Source: Chrysomallon squamiferum (taxonomy: Eukaryota > Animalia > Mollusca). Taken from it: a stretch of DNA of 64,000 nucleotides. Each line of letters begins with the position of its first letter. Positions within the stretch are counted from its first letter, which is position 1. A program made the position numbers and the translations under genes. The notes below the pieces were generated by a model. That model had not been told where the DNA came from. It saw only the letters and a program-made list of their open reading frames with translations, and made no database searches. Of the stretch, positions 49,440-63,214 are shown piece by piece. The DNA lies in the NCBI GenBank assembly GCA_012295275.1, contig CM022679.1:27714001-27778000 (forward strand), read 5' to 3'.

Positions 49440-52400
49440 TTAGGCCTCCAAGTCCAAACCAAGACCCAGCTTGTGTCCACCTGCATTGAAATTCTTCCCC
49501 TCTATCAATGAGGAAAGAGTAAGTTTCACACCTGTAAAATACAATGTTTACTACAAGTAACACACACAACCAAATACACAGATGTATGCTGTTACATGAT
49601 ATACATCAATACATTTCAAGCTATATATAAACACACACTACAATAGAGGGCTTAAAATTAGGAACCTTGGCATCCATGAAAACCAAATATTCCATCAGTA
49701 AACCTCACAACTGAAAACTGCTGTATAAAATGGAAATTCTCATTGTCAATACTGACTTTGCTTCTACTCTTTTATATGTTCACAAATGTCAGATAAATCA
49801 CTCTTAATGATTTTCCGACAATCCACTTTTTCCAATTTACTTGTGTATTATTATTGTAAGAATTTCTTTTTTGAAAATGACAATGTTCATTTTAAGTGGA
49901 TTAAAACTAATTGATCTTAATTGATTCTTAAAATAGATTAGAAAATATTTAAAACAGTCCTTTTACAAATTAAAAATGACTGAATAGAGTAATCTTAGAA
50001 ATGAAGAAAAATCTAAATTCTTACCATCTCTCAGCTTGTGAGAATAACTAAGGCCAATCTGGCTGGAATTGTTAACTTTTGCCTGCAGACAGAAAGGACA
50101 AACATAAAAATGTAATAAATAAATACTATGCTGATTTTCTCTGTTCATATACTAAAACAAGAAATCCTTTGTTAGTTTTTGCTTTTGATTCTTTTTTATC
50201 AGTTTGGGGATTTTTCACACAGTACTTAAAAGTAAGGGACATAATCCATATATCCTTTACGATGTAATTATTTCACTTTTGCAAGCAAAAACCTTGAAAT
50301 TTATAATATTTAGAATTTATAGTGAATGTTCCACTTGTTTTCACATAAACAAAGTCCAAACTTACACTGAAATTTGAATTTTTGTCTAATGTGTATTTTG
50401 CACCAACAGCAAACCGAGTAGCATTGGTTCCTGACGTCCATGAGAGAATAACTCCGGTTTCCAATTCATCATTCACTCGCTGGTAGATGGAACCCGCAAA
50501 CTCCTGACCATCATTTCTGAAATATTAACAAAACAAACTGAAACACAGACAAAATTTATAATCATTTTGTTACAAATTATAACTGTACTGTCTAAATTCA
50601 TTTTGTCTTCACTTTTAATACTTGTGTTTTAATACTAGATTACTACAAAGTCTAAAATATGAATATCCACCACAAGCATGAGGTGTGAAATTTCCCTGCA
50701 TGTAACCCACAGCAAAGTTACTTTTAGATATAAAATCAATACTTGCACATTAGTGTGGAGTGTGAAATTTCCCTGCATGTAACCCACAGCAAAGTTACTT
50801 TTAGATATAAAATCAATACTTACACATTAGTGTGGAGTGTGAAGTCTGACTGTGTGTAACCCACAGCAAAGTTACTTTTAGATATAAAATCAATACTTAC
50901 ACATTAGTGTGGAGTGTGAAGTCTGACTGTGTGCAACCCACAGCAAAGTTACTTTTAGATATAAAATCAATACTTGCACATTAGTGTGGAGTGTGAAATT
51001 TCCCTGCATGTAACCCACAGCAAAGTTACTTTTAGATATAAAATCAATACTTACACATTAGTGTGGAGTGTGAAGTCTGACTGTGTGTAACCCACAGCAA
51101 AGTTACTTTTAGATATAAAATCAATACTTACACATTAGTGTGGAGTGCGAAGTCTGACTGTGTGTAACCCACAGCAAAGTTACTTTTAGATATAAAGTCA
51201 ATACTTACACATTAGTGTGGAGTGTGAAGTCTCCCTGTGTGTAACCCACAGCAAAGTTACTTTTAGACAGTTTTGATTTTGAAGTGTCAAATGACATCTG
51301 ATATCCAGCCAACCAGCCATTGTAACTGAAAGAATAAAAGATGAACTGCATATGAAAGCAACATTTTTAAAATGATTACACTGACCTAGCTTTAATACTC
51401 ATGTGGACGTAACAGTAATTTCTGAAGAGTTTACAAAACAGAGGCTTGTTTGAAATGTCTGATAAATCAGTGTGACAGCTCACTGGCAGGTAACATGGGA
51501 TGCCACTCTTTTAAGTAGCAGGTTATCAATACTTCTTTAACTTAAATTAAAAAATAAATATACAAACCCAAGAACTGCAGCCCCATGCAGAGTTGGACCA
51601 GCAAAATCAAAATCTACATCAAAGTTCATGTTGAAATAATCCATCTTGTAAGCTGTCTTAATTTTGCCACTCTTCTTGCTATGAACAAAATTTAAAATGC
51701 ATTTTAAATACGTGTAATCATAATTAAACACTCACTTTTCTAACATGTAAACTTCTTATTTCGTCTAACTTCATGTTCTCTTTATTAGAAGACAGCAGAT
51801 AATACAGGTTGAATATTTTACTGGCTGCTTGTAATTGCATCACAGCTGTTTTCAATTTTAGCATTTTCAACACAAAAAACAAAAACAAAAAAAATGAAAG
51901 CTTCAAAATTTCTAGGGTAATTTGTGATATGAATAATTGTATCAAATGGCTGTTTCTATTCATTTCTCTGGGTAATTTCATTTTGCTTGTGGAAAGGTTT
52001 AAATCTGCACACTAGTCAGTTAAGAGAGATGACCTAGTGAAAGTAAATCTGAAACAGTCACAACAGCATCTACAACTGAGTTTATCACTAGTATGACCAA
52101 TCTGTTACCAGCTATCTGATTCTATCACTAGTACGACCAATCTGTAACCAGCTATCTGATTTTATCACTAGTACGACCAATCTGTAACCAGCTATCTGAT
52201 TTTATCACTAGTATGACCAATCTGTAACCAGCTATCTGATTCTATCACTAGTACGACCAATCTGTAACCAGCTCATCTGATTCTATCACTAATAGGACCA
52301 ATCTGTAACCAGCACATCTGATTCTATCACTAGTACGACCAATCTGTAACCAGCATATCTGATTCTATCACTAGTATGACCAATCTGTAACCAGCATATC

Positions 52401-55003
52401 TGATTCTATCACTAATATGACCTATCTGTATCCAGCACATCTGATTCTATTACTAGTACAACAAATCTGTAACCAGCATATCTGATTCTATCACTAATAG
52501 GACCAATCTGTAACCAGCTCATCTGATTCTATCACTAGTTCGACCAATCTGTAACCAGCACATCTGATTCTATCACTAATAGGACCAATCTGTAACCAGC
52601 TCATCTGATTTTATCAGTAATACGACCAATCTGTAACCAGCACATCTGATTATATCACTAGTACAACCAATTCTCTGTCGATCATGACTAATTTTGAAAG
52701 AGTAAAAGTCATTCTGTCACTGTTATGACTAAGGTAAAACAATACTACTATACAAAGAAGTACTAACCCAGTCTGTGGTGCAAATGACGTATCAAAAGCT
52801 AGTTTCAAACCCTGAGCAAGCTGATCTTCAATTGTGATTTCAGTTTTTAAAACATTGTCTGTGTCCCATTTCTCAGTGAATGTCAGTCCTGAAACAAACA
52901 CAAACAGGAAAGAAAAGATTTACCCAATTTGCAAGAAAAAAGGTAAATCATATTTATTTATTTGGAAGTAAATTGTTTGTGGATTTTTTGTTGATTTTTT
53001 ATCTCATTCTGGTGTCATGTGAATAATCAGACAGCAAAAACAAACAATGTTTTTCTAAATCTTTCATAAAAAATACTGTGTCACGACAACAATTGTTATC
53101 AATTTGTTAAATTTGTTTTCGAATTAAAAAATTCCCTTAATATTAAAAATAATAATATGACTACATTCATTCAAAATTCCAGAAGAAATATAAAACAGTT
53201 TTAAACTATACAGGATTTCTATAATCCTTAGCTTTGTTTTTTGGTTTTTTTAGATAGAGGTGTAATATTACCATAATCCTTCCACTTGTATTTGGTTTCC
53301 AGGCTTCCTGATACTTTGCCTGTGTCTGTGCTGGAATTTCCACTGGTTGTGAACTCAACACCACTCTCAGTCTTTGTCTTCGCTTCCAACTTCCAGAATC
53401 CATAGTCTGTGATTCAGATAAATAAACACATTCAACTTGTATAAAGACTCATTTCATTATTCTGTATTCAAAACAAGCGTATTATTTTTATTTGTTTTAC
53501 TATTAAAACAGATATAAGGAGTTAGGTACCGGATAGATAAATTTTTTTTTTAAATTAATTTTATACGCAAGAAAATAAATATAAAATGAAAGCTGCAGAA
53601 CAAACAAACAAAACACACAAAAAATTATTAAAGAGTTTATTTGTTGTTTTTTTAGCATATTTTGGCAAATTGAAGAAAAGAGCAACTTTGGCGAGCTATA
53701 ATTTTAAATTTTTAAAAAAGATTGACAATTAACAGGAGTGCTGGGACCAACTTGTTAAATGAGCTTTATTTTTTGCAGAGTTGTAAGTTTGTCTGTATGT
53801 TCACAACAACATGTTCAACATGCCATATTTGTCAAAATGGAAGGTGATAGAAAGACCCTAAAATTACTAAGTGCAAACAGACACTGTGGTTTCAGTTTTA
53901 GTCTCATTTGAAAAAGTCAACCAGTGTTGTGAACAGTTTGTTTAGTTCTTTATTCAGCATTCTATGAATACCTCTTGTACCTGGACTCACAGAATACATT
54001 GAACTGTTGTGTAGTACATTTTGTTATGTTTATGATTCTTAATTTGCCATTTATCGCAAGAATTTTGAAAGCAAAACAATCACCTGTCTAAGAATGGAAG
54101 AGATAATAATCGTTAATTTCTTAACATTCGTATTATATACAGGAATAGCCAGAACATAGAAAAAAACATGCATCCTACAGTTATTAAAAATATAAACAAC
54201 ATAGAAATATGATCGTTTTAAATAGCACCATTTTTTACTTGCACATAAAATCTGTGGCAATTTGGACCCTGTAGGAAACAAATTATGGCAATTTCGGTAT
54301 GCACATGCTATTCATATTATATATATATGCTAAAAGTAGGAATATTGAAAAAAAAAACAGCCAACAGGACATTAAAAATATAAACATATAATCAGAGTGC
54401 CTGTCCTTTCTAGTTGTACAAAAAAATCTATGACAATTTATGGCAATTTTGCTAAGCATGTGCTACTATCAAATGCAGAGCTGTTCTACACAAAAGATGG
54501 CACACTGTACCACATTGTTTGAAAGGTAATTGAAGGGCTTATTTTCAGCCAGAGTTAAAAAAAATTAGTTTTGCACAGTTACCCAGGCATTTATAGTGAC
54601 TGTTAACTCCATTATGTCAGTGGCTGACCATGGGCGACAGTTTGTTTACCCCACTACAACAAAAAACAACATCATATTTTAAAAGAACATAACATGTATT
54701 TCTGTATATTTGTTATTCATATTGTTTTACTGAAGGAATTTGGAACTGGAGGAAAATGGACAAAATCTTCACTTTTAATAGCTTTGTCCACTTATTTTGG
54801 TTAGGCTACCAGCACCTACAAGGAGGGAATTAAAAACTGACTATAAAAAGATTTACAATTCTGTAAAAATCTGATTTTAACTAATTTTCAATTTAAACAA
54901 AAATTTGATTTTTCACTGACAGATAATACTAATACATACTGTAACCCTTGGAGAATAAATCACGGGCTGATTTTCCAAGATCACCATAAACTGGAGGTGC
55001 CAT
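49440..55003 (-). CDS. VDAC: Voltage-dependent anion channel (mitochondrial porin), 282 aa, 8 coding exons
   Basis: Exons 55003-54940, 53406-53272, 52888-52768, 51678-51568, 51325-51209, 50516-50366, 50082-50025, 49531-49440; 849 nt. [21 protein letters not shown]...GLTFTEKW...[11 protein letters not shown]...[13 protein letters not shown]. Confidence 0.97.
50683..51267 (-). repeat. 77-bp tandem repeat spanning the VDAC splice donor at 51209
   Basis: (tctaaaagtaactttgctgtgggttacacacag..acttcacactccacactaatgt|gtaagtattgattttata) about 7.6 copies; donors at 51208, 51131, 51054, 50977 (GC), 50900, 50823, 50746 (GC). Confidence 0.95.
52081..52670. repeat. 39-40-bp minisatellite in a VDAC intron
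   Basis: (ttctatcactagtacgaccaatctgtaaccagcatatctga) about 15 copies. Confidence 0.92.
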
Positions 55004-56355
55004 CTTGCAAACTGAAATTACAAAAAAGCTAATTTTACATTCAGTTTATTAATATTTTCAATCTGTGTTATAGACGTAGTTATTTATATCTGCCTTCAAG
55101 TCTTACGTTACAACACAAGTACAATTAATTGTAACCCTAGTAATAGATTAAACATTCAACATGTTGATGAGATGTTCTTTAACAGCAAATCATTTTGTAG
55201 TACATTTATGAATTAGACACTGCCTGAACTGAAGACCACCATGACTAATTCTGTGATTCACATCTTGGTTTCAGTGTCAGGTGTAAGTAATTTCATGTCT
55301 TTGAACATTTACAAATAAAGGTGAGTTGTGTGAATACCAACAGATGCGATGAAGATGTTTCACATTCTACACATGCAGCTATATTTAATATGTAACCCAC
55401 ACAGACAAATTAGTCTTTCAAATGAATCTTAAAATAGCAGTTTATCCTATTACATACATGTTGAGGAAAATGTATATTGTAATAATTAAACAATTGGTTT
55501 TACTGCTTTATAAAATAATCTCTCTGAAGAACATAACGACAGTATTTGTGGTTTCTTTTATAACTTAAAACTCCATATTCTATCAGTATTACTCAGTTTA
55601 TTGTGCACAATTCATTTGCTGTTTGACAACATTAATGTGCAGCGAGCTATTCATTTATTACTATTATCATGATTAGTGTTAAAATTAACACAGATTAGTA
55701 AGTAGGAACTGAACCCATAATGCTAACAATTTTATATTATCACAAAATCTGAAAATGTACCAACATCTCAGAAATCTATAATTTCTGATGCAAACACTCG
55801 GAGAATTGCATTATGTAATACAGTAAATGAGTAATAGTGTCTGCAGGATGGGAACTGAATTTACTCAGATTAATTGATGATCAACATAAAATGATAAATA
55901 CTGTTAGACATTCAATGATTCATGATTTATCAGGTGATTCAAAGCACAACAGCGGTCTATAAGTTTCATAAACAGTAAAAATACTAATTAAAACACCATC
56001 CATGATCCAGTCATGTTCATGCTTAATGATCATCAATTATTAAAATTAATAAATATCATATTTAAAGCTGGTTCTGTAAGTATAAAAAATTAAATGCAAT
56101 TCATATTTCATTAATGTATTTCTGATGTATATTATAAATCAATGAGTGAAGGTTTGAACAAATGCAGAGTTCTCTGCCCGAAAATGTCTCATCATCATGT
56201 CCATCGTCATTAAGAAGCATGCTCACTCCTTTCTACAAATGCAATGCTAAAACACTTTCAGCAAATTAACAATTATGTATGACCATCAATAATTAACAAA
56301 CTCTACATGACAAAATTTACTCGACATGTTATTGCCATATCACACTGTATCTTAC

Positions 56356-56450
56356 CTAGGAAAATGTGAAATCAAACACACTGACGAACAAGGTCACCGA
56401 TGCCGGAGGAAAGACTACAGAGCGGGGTATTTTACTACGTCATCACGGCG
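56356..56450 (-). promoter_or_regulatory. VDAC non-coding first exon and core promoter
   Basis: Donor TAG|GTAAGA at 56356/56355; pyrimidine-rich start (gtctttcctcc), GC-box-like gcgggg and CRE-like acgtca near 56436-56441; acceptor before 55011 precedes the ATG. Confidence 0.6.
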
Positions 56451-56940
56451 TCCTAATATCATATTCTAAAATATTTTTAAATTTATAATCAGACCTACCT
56501 TATTATAGTTTGAACCAAGTTTAAAAACAAATATATAATTTAAAAAAAAAAAAAAAAAAACTGTTTTTTTAAAAAACATATCTTGTTGAATCAATAATTA
56601 TGGTCTCACTCCATAGAAGAAAGTTCTCCTTATGAAATTTAAAAGAAATAAAATAAATATTTAATTAATTGACTAACCAATTAACAACAACTGTTATAAT
56701 AATAATTAATAAATTCATCAGTGATTTTTGAAAATCATCTATACAGTTTTAATTTAATATTTTTGGTAATTTAAGTTATTTCCTATTTTGTTAATTATAT
56801 AAAACAGAACATCGATACATAAAAATATTTGATGATACGTGAGGCTACATTACTTAGCTTAATAAATTTGAATGTAACAGTTATAACATGTTTTGTTTTT
56901 CTTTCTTATAAAAATCCCTGTCTATCTGTTATATCTAATC

Positions 56941-57170
56941 CACTGGTTTTCAACCTTTTATACCGCGACCCCTTATGAGCAACTCATTATGACGGATGAC
57001 CCCTTTTATGACGGGTCCCAAACCTATCTACACTTTTCTTTTTTAATGTACCTTCCAAGTTAAGTTGAAAAAAGCTAAAACATATCCTCGCTCGAGAACG
57101 ATCTCGCGAACCCCAGAAAAAAGACTGGCGACCCCTCTGAGGGTCGCAAACCCCACGTTGAAAACCTATG
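56941..57170. mobile_element. Non-autonomous hAT (Charlie-like) MITE
   Basis: Ends CACTGGTTTTCAAC / GTTGAAAACCTATG, subterminal GCGACCC/GGGTCGC motifs, 8-bp target duplication ATCTAATC vs ATATAATC (7/8 match). Confidence 0.8.
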
Positions 57171-57399
57171 ATATAATCCATCCATCCATCTGTCTACCTA
57201 TCCATCCTTCTATCTTTCTGTGTTTCTGTCTATATCAAAAATTGTTTCTAGAAATAGTTACCTCAAAAATCATATTGTGTGGCAGTATAATAAAGTTGAT
57301 TCCTTAGTTATGTGTGTAAATATTTTCTTTTCTTATTCCTGTTTAGTTTACTATTTTGTTAAATTTGTGCCTATACTTTTGTGAACTGTGAATAATAAC

Positions 57400-57440
<41 letters not shown>

Positions 57441-57648
57441 TAACAACAACAACAACAACAACAACAAAAACAACAGCAATAGTAACAATAACAATAACTG
57501 CAGAAACTGCTAAAAAAATATATAGGTAATACGAAGTATAAAAGTATGTACTGAGATCTTTAACGAATAGCGGAACAAACGAAAAGAAATTAACCATTGA
57601 TCACAAGGAAACAGTGTATTGCAAATTTTGTTTTCGGTGACTGAAATC

Positions 57649-59696
57649 ATGGCAAACAATCCATCAATTCCGGTAGATTTAGAACTGAAAAAGGTTGCAG
57701 TATAACTTTCATTTGTAATAATTACAACATGTATTTAATACTGTACAGTTATTTACTTCTAATAATTGTTTTACAGTGGATAACAATAGTGGTCAACGAT
57801 AGACGTACATTAACATTCACATTGTATTTGTAACATTACAAATTTACTACAATACTAATATCAGTATCAGTACTCCCATCACTATCAGTGTCATGGATAC
57901 CGGGATAGTAACTAGTAACTACAATGTAATTTAATGGTATTGGGTGTTTTGGGGTTGGGTTTTTTTTATAACTGAGTAACTATAATTTATACGTTCCTTA
58001 ACTCGTTAACAAAGAAGAAGTTAGGTTAAATAACACGAATTACTTATTTTTTAATTTACTTTTGTAGTGACAAGTTATAACGTACTACTACTACTGAGTA
58101 CAAAGGATGAAAATGATAAAACTGTAGAAAATATGATGGATGGTAAATTGTGTGTGTGTTCAAGATCAGGGAAAATACCATTATTTTGTGTAATGCTAAA
58201 TACTGATGTTTTCAGAAGTGTGGAGCTGTCGTCACAATCCATCCAAGGTTTCATGTCTAATATATTCAGAATGATGTTATGTGTAGTCCTTCTGCAAGAA
58301 ACTGAATATAATAAATAACTGCTTGCTGCTATTGAGAAAAGATTTTCTTGGACAGTTACAAAGTTACTAGACATGTGACAGAGCCAATGAAACATTTTTG
58401 ACTAATATGACCTAGCTGTATTTCCTAAAATAATAATTTTCATTATTATATTTTAATAATTAATTTTGTTTGTTGTTTGTTTTTATTAATATTACTATTA
58501 TTAACAATTAAAACATTATTGACAGGCTTTTCAAGGTCTTCAGAGCAAAATGGTGACAACAACACAACAGTTGAAAATCTCTGATGCTCAGGTTGACACG
58601 CTGAAAAGAAAAATAACTCATGCAAAACTCGTCACTTCAGAAATTTCACAACTCCCAGAAGATGTCCGTGTTTTTGAAGGAGTAGGAAGAATGTATGAAT
58701 GTTTATGATCTGTTACATGAATACGTATATTACAGTTTGTTAAAGTAAAACTTTTTTTGTATTTATTTGTTTTTAAAACTAAGTTGATCTCTGGTCAAAC
58801 GATGTCAATGAATCACAGGAATATAAAAAATAAAGTAAATGACATTACTGACTGACATTTACAATTATGTGAAGTGAAGTACAGATGTAACAGTATTTGT
58901 AAATTGTAGTAACATATTTTAGAGATTTTAAATAATCTAGTTTTTCTAACAACTATGAAAGCCAAAACATAATAATGTTAGAGAAAAAAATGATAAATCT
59001 ATTTCCTCTTTTCAGAACTTTTTTTTTCCTTCCAGTTTACATACTTTTTTGCATTTGCAGGTTTCTCCTGCAGCCCAACACAGAAATTATGATAAATTTA
59101 GAAAAAACAATTAAAGCTTCAGAGGAGAAGATTAAATCAATTGAGGTGCGTTGTTAGCTATGTAACATGTTTTTACACTGTGTACACACAGACATGTAGC
59201 AGGCAGGAACTAATTATGTCTTAACAACAAACTGTAAATATTAACTAAAATTTATGAAAGAATACATTTTTTGTGACACAGATTATTTATAGTATAAAGA
59301 ATTTTTATTTATGTAATTTTGTATGTGTTTGTCTAAACAAGTTCTGTAACAGAAATAATCTCAGTGAACATACAGACTGAGTTATTGGTAAGAAATTAAT
59401 GTTTAGTTTATGTTTTTAATGTGGTTGTTATTCCTATCATTTAATTATTAATGAGTTTATTTTATAAATTAGTTTACTCACATTCAATACATTTGAGAAT
59501 TTGGTATTTAAATGCTTATTTCAGACTGCAAACATGTATTTGTAGAAGAGTTTATGCTTTAATCACACTGTATACATGTGATAATTTTGTGTTTAAATGT
59601 TTATTTCAGACTACAAAAGTGTATTTGGAGAAGAGTTTACGGGAAAGTGAAAACAATCTGAGGGAGTTGGTTTTATCCAAGCAACAAGGAAGATAA
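57649..59696 (+). CDS. PFDN1: Prefoldin subunit 1, 127 aa, 4 exons
   Basis: Exons 57649-57693, 58526-58692, 59061-59145, 59610-59696; 384 nt. PVDLELKKAF...VFEGVGRMFLLQ...SEEKIKSIE...YLEKSLRESENNLRE. AATAAA near 59747. Confidence 0.95.
59500..59640 (+). repeat. Duplicated splice-acceptor junction of the PFDN1 last exon
   Basis: tttaaatgcttatttcag|actgcaaacatgtatttgtagaagagttta (59525) vs tttaaatgtttatttcag|actacaaaagtgtatttggagaagagttta (59610). Confidence 0.85.
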
Positions 59697-59848
59697 CTCC
59701 ATTAACTTTTTGTGTCTATACATCTGTGTTTATTTCTATGTTTGTAAATAAATCTTACAAAAATTTATACTTTCTTTTTAATATTATAAATTTTGTTTTC
59801 AGTATAATTCTGTACTGGAATCTTCATAACATTGTAAGTATTTTACAG

Positions 59849-59890
<42 letters not shown>

Positions 59891-60949
59891 TCTAACTAGG
59901 CGTGAAGTACATTATATGCTTACTTTAAATAGTGGACTTAATAATTTTTGCTTTATTAAATAGATTTGACTAAAAGTGATGACTGAATCTGTTACTGCAG
60001 AAACAGTAGAATTCAATGTAACCAACACAAAACTAAAACAAGACAAACTTAAACTTTGTGAGGAAAGAAGTCAGTTTTAAAAATAAAAATCACATTTGGA
60101 GTAGAAATGTTTCCATTGCATAATTATAAGTACTGAGTAGTTCTGTTTCTCATTTTCCTTTTACAGTGTGTGACTAAGTCGAGATAAATTATGTTTTGTT
60201 TTTGTTTTTGTTTTTTAAATGTGAATTTTCCCAAACTGAACTACATTCAAAATAAAATAAGTTATAGAAACATTCAGATCTGCTGATTTTTTTTTTTTTC
60301 AGTCTGATAAAGTTTAAAGAATGAAGTAACATGAAATAATATTATTACATGCCTTATTAATGAGTTAAAAGTAATTATTACTTGACCACAGACTACAAGA
60401 TTTCAGGAAAAAGAAATGTTCACCTTGATGGATTTGACTATCATGAAAAACGGACAAATTATTAATTAAAAAATGGTTAGCTTGGTTTATATATCATTAC
60501 AGGAGACAGCTTTCTTAGCATAATTAAATAAATTGACATCTTTATAGTATTACAGTTACTGTTTTTTATTATTTCCTATTTTTTTATAAATATAATTTAA
60601 CTTGGGTTAATATTTCAGAACTTTTTAAAGGTTATAAAATAGGAATTTTTGTACTGCTAAAATTACAGCAAAATGAAAATGTCACATAAGACTGAGTCAC
60701 TGTAGAGCGTCGTGAACAGACACAGTGTCCATTAACAATTGTTCATTTTTTAAATCTGGAGTAACTTTACTGAGCTCAGAGCAAGAGAAACATCTGTGTG
60801 CCAATCAGGACATTACTTTAAGAAAATATATATATAGTAAATTATTTTAAACGGACCAATCTAAAGTTTAGTCATTTGAGTACTTGTTTCAGTACTCAGA
60901 CAGATTTAAGTTGCTGCTATGTTAGACGATTCGATATAAAGAAGTAAAG

Positions 60950-61700
60950 TTGTAGTGTTAGGATTAGTCAAAGAGAAGAATGCAGTGTTAGTATGTTAGA
61001 AAATTAGTTACAGAGAAGGGAACAGTGTTAGTGTGTTAGAGGATCAGTTATAGAGAAGAGTGCAATTATAGTTACTAGAGATAAGAACTGTGTTAAAGGA
61101 TTAGTTACAGAGAAGAGAACACAGTATAAGTGTGTTAGAGGATTAACTATAAGTGGAGTGCACTATCTATGTTATAATAACTGATATATACAGTGTACGT
61201 TACAGTATCTAAAATGCATAAGCTGATATATAAAGTGTACGTTATAATAAATGAGGTATACTATCTATATTATAATAGCTGATATATACAGTGTACCTTA
61301 TAATAAGTAAATCATTATCTGTGTTATAATAGCTGATATGTACAGTGTACGTTATAAGTATACTATTTATGTTATAATAACTGATATATACAGTCTACGT
61401 TATAATAATTGAAGTATACAATCTAATAATAACTGATATATACGGTTTACGTTATAATAAGTAAATTATACTATCTGTGTTGTAATAGCTGATATATACA
61501 GTGTTCTTTATAATAAGTGAAGTATACTATCTGTGTTATAACAGCTGATATGTACAGTGTACGTTATAAGCGAAGTATACTATCTGTTATAACAGCTGAT
61601 ATATACAGTGTTCTTTATAATAAGTGAAGTATACTATCTATTTTGTAATAACATATATAGTCTACGTTACAGTAAGTGAAGTGTACAATCTATGTTATGA
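60950..61700. repeat. Two adjacent degenerate minisatellites (~40-50 bp then ~55 bp units)
   Basis: gtgttag..gattagttacagagaag units, then tatactatctgtgttataatagctgatatatacagtgtacgttataataag units. Confidence 0.8.
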
Positions 61701-62211
61701 GCGGTAATCTAATCGAGACGAAATATGACTGCGCTTACTCGAACAGTCAGATGTACAAAATGGAAATGACGTATTTAAGGAAATGGATGTTGGCTTGGTT
61801 AGACCGCAGTGTCGCCTTCTCAGTCGTTACAAATCAAGCAGCTAATACTGTTATTAAAAACATTTGGAAATGTTTCCGCTTGCAAATTTAATTTTGCTTC
61901 ATGAAGAAGAAATATAAAAGAAAATTAAATCAGATATATATTGTAGTAATAAGCGGAGACGTGTGTTAAACGATAGTGTTTCTTATTTTTTTTTTTATTT
62001 TATCATATTTGTTAAAAAAGAACTAAACTGACGGGTATACAGGAATGTATGTATTTATACGTGTATGTCTATATGTGTGTGTGAATGTGTGTATGCATGT
62101 ATATGTATGTATGTATGTGTGTATGTATATGTATGCATGTATATGCGTATATATGTATGTATGTGTGTGTATGTATGTATGTATATATTTATGTATGTAT
62201 GTATGTATGTA

Positions 62212-62390
62212 TTAATATTAATGTAAAAATACAGGTTAGTAAAGAACAACATTTTAAGTAATATTAATGTAAAAATACAGGTTAGTAAAGAACAACATTT
62301 TAAGTAATATTAATGTAAAAATACAGGTTAGTAAAGAACAATATTTTAAATAATATTAATGTAAAAATAGAGGTTGGTAAAGTACAATAT
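62212..62390. repeat. 46-bp tandem repeat, about 4 copies
   Basis: (taatattaatgtaaaaatacaggttagtaaagaacaacattttaag)n. Confidence 0.9.
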
Positions 62391-63173
62391 CTAAGATAAC
62401 GCAACAGAACTAAATTACTATATCCGTGGTAATATTACAATAAAATTAGTAAAGTAATACAGCATTATAACTAGAGCCACTAAAAAGACTCAGATAATAT
62501 TACACTAATAAAAATGAGAAAGCAAAATATTAAACATACTGACAAAAAAAACAACAACAAAAAAACCTACAATAACAAGTTATCTTTATTCTGTAAAAAT
62601 AATTAAATGCTTCATTAATTCACTTAATAACCTGCTTCATCTTTATATCCCATCATTCCATGCTTGCTTTAGCCTGCTGGGAAACGCTAGCCTCGGTTTG
62701 GGGTCAATCGCTCTGTGAGGCGCGGTGAGGCGCGCGCGGACCTGATGTCGAACTGGAGAAAAGTAAAATAAACAAGAACAAGTGAGAAAATTATGAATGC
62801 ATAAGACAGAAAAACAAGTTGACATTTGATGTGGTAATCATTGTTGAAGTTTGTGTCATACATGAAAGAACTAAAATAATATTTGTTGAAACATTGCGAC
62901 TGAACACGTGCGTCACACGTGCATAATGACGTAAATGAGATTTAACTTTTTTCGTGTTAACAGTTTCGTGTGAAAGCCACAAATAAATGTGAAAATCAAA
63001 ACAGATGAAATCTGATATTTCTTTCAAATTTTCTCTTTTAAAAGTGAATACTTCCACTGCAGTGTCTGTCCATCCATCCATGTCGGTGTGTGTCTCTATA
63101 TACACACACACCTATGTACGTGTCTTTATGTCTATCTGACCGTCTATTTATATATCGACTATATTTAATCAAG

Positions 63174-63214
<41 letters not shown>

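Noticed and set aside
49380-49442. Possible stop-codon readthrough of VDAC
   Set aside because: The stop is TAA-T with no readthrough context and a short, unremarkable downstream frame.
62212-62390. 46-bp repeat containing CAG|GTTAGT as another junction-spanning array
   Set aside because: No associated exon could be identified, so it was not counted.
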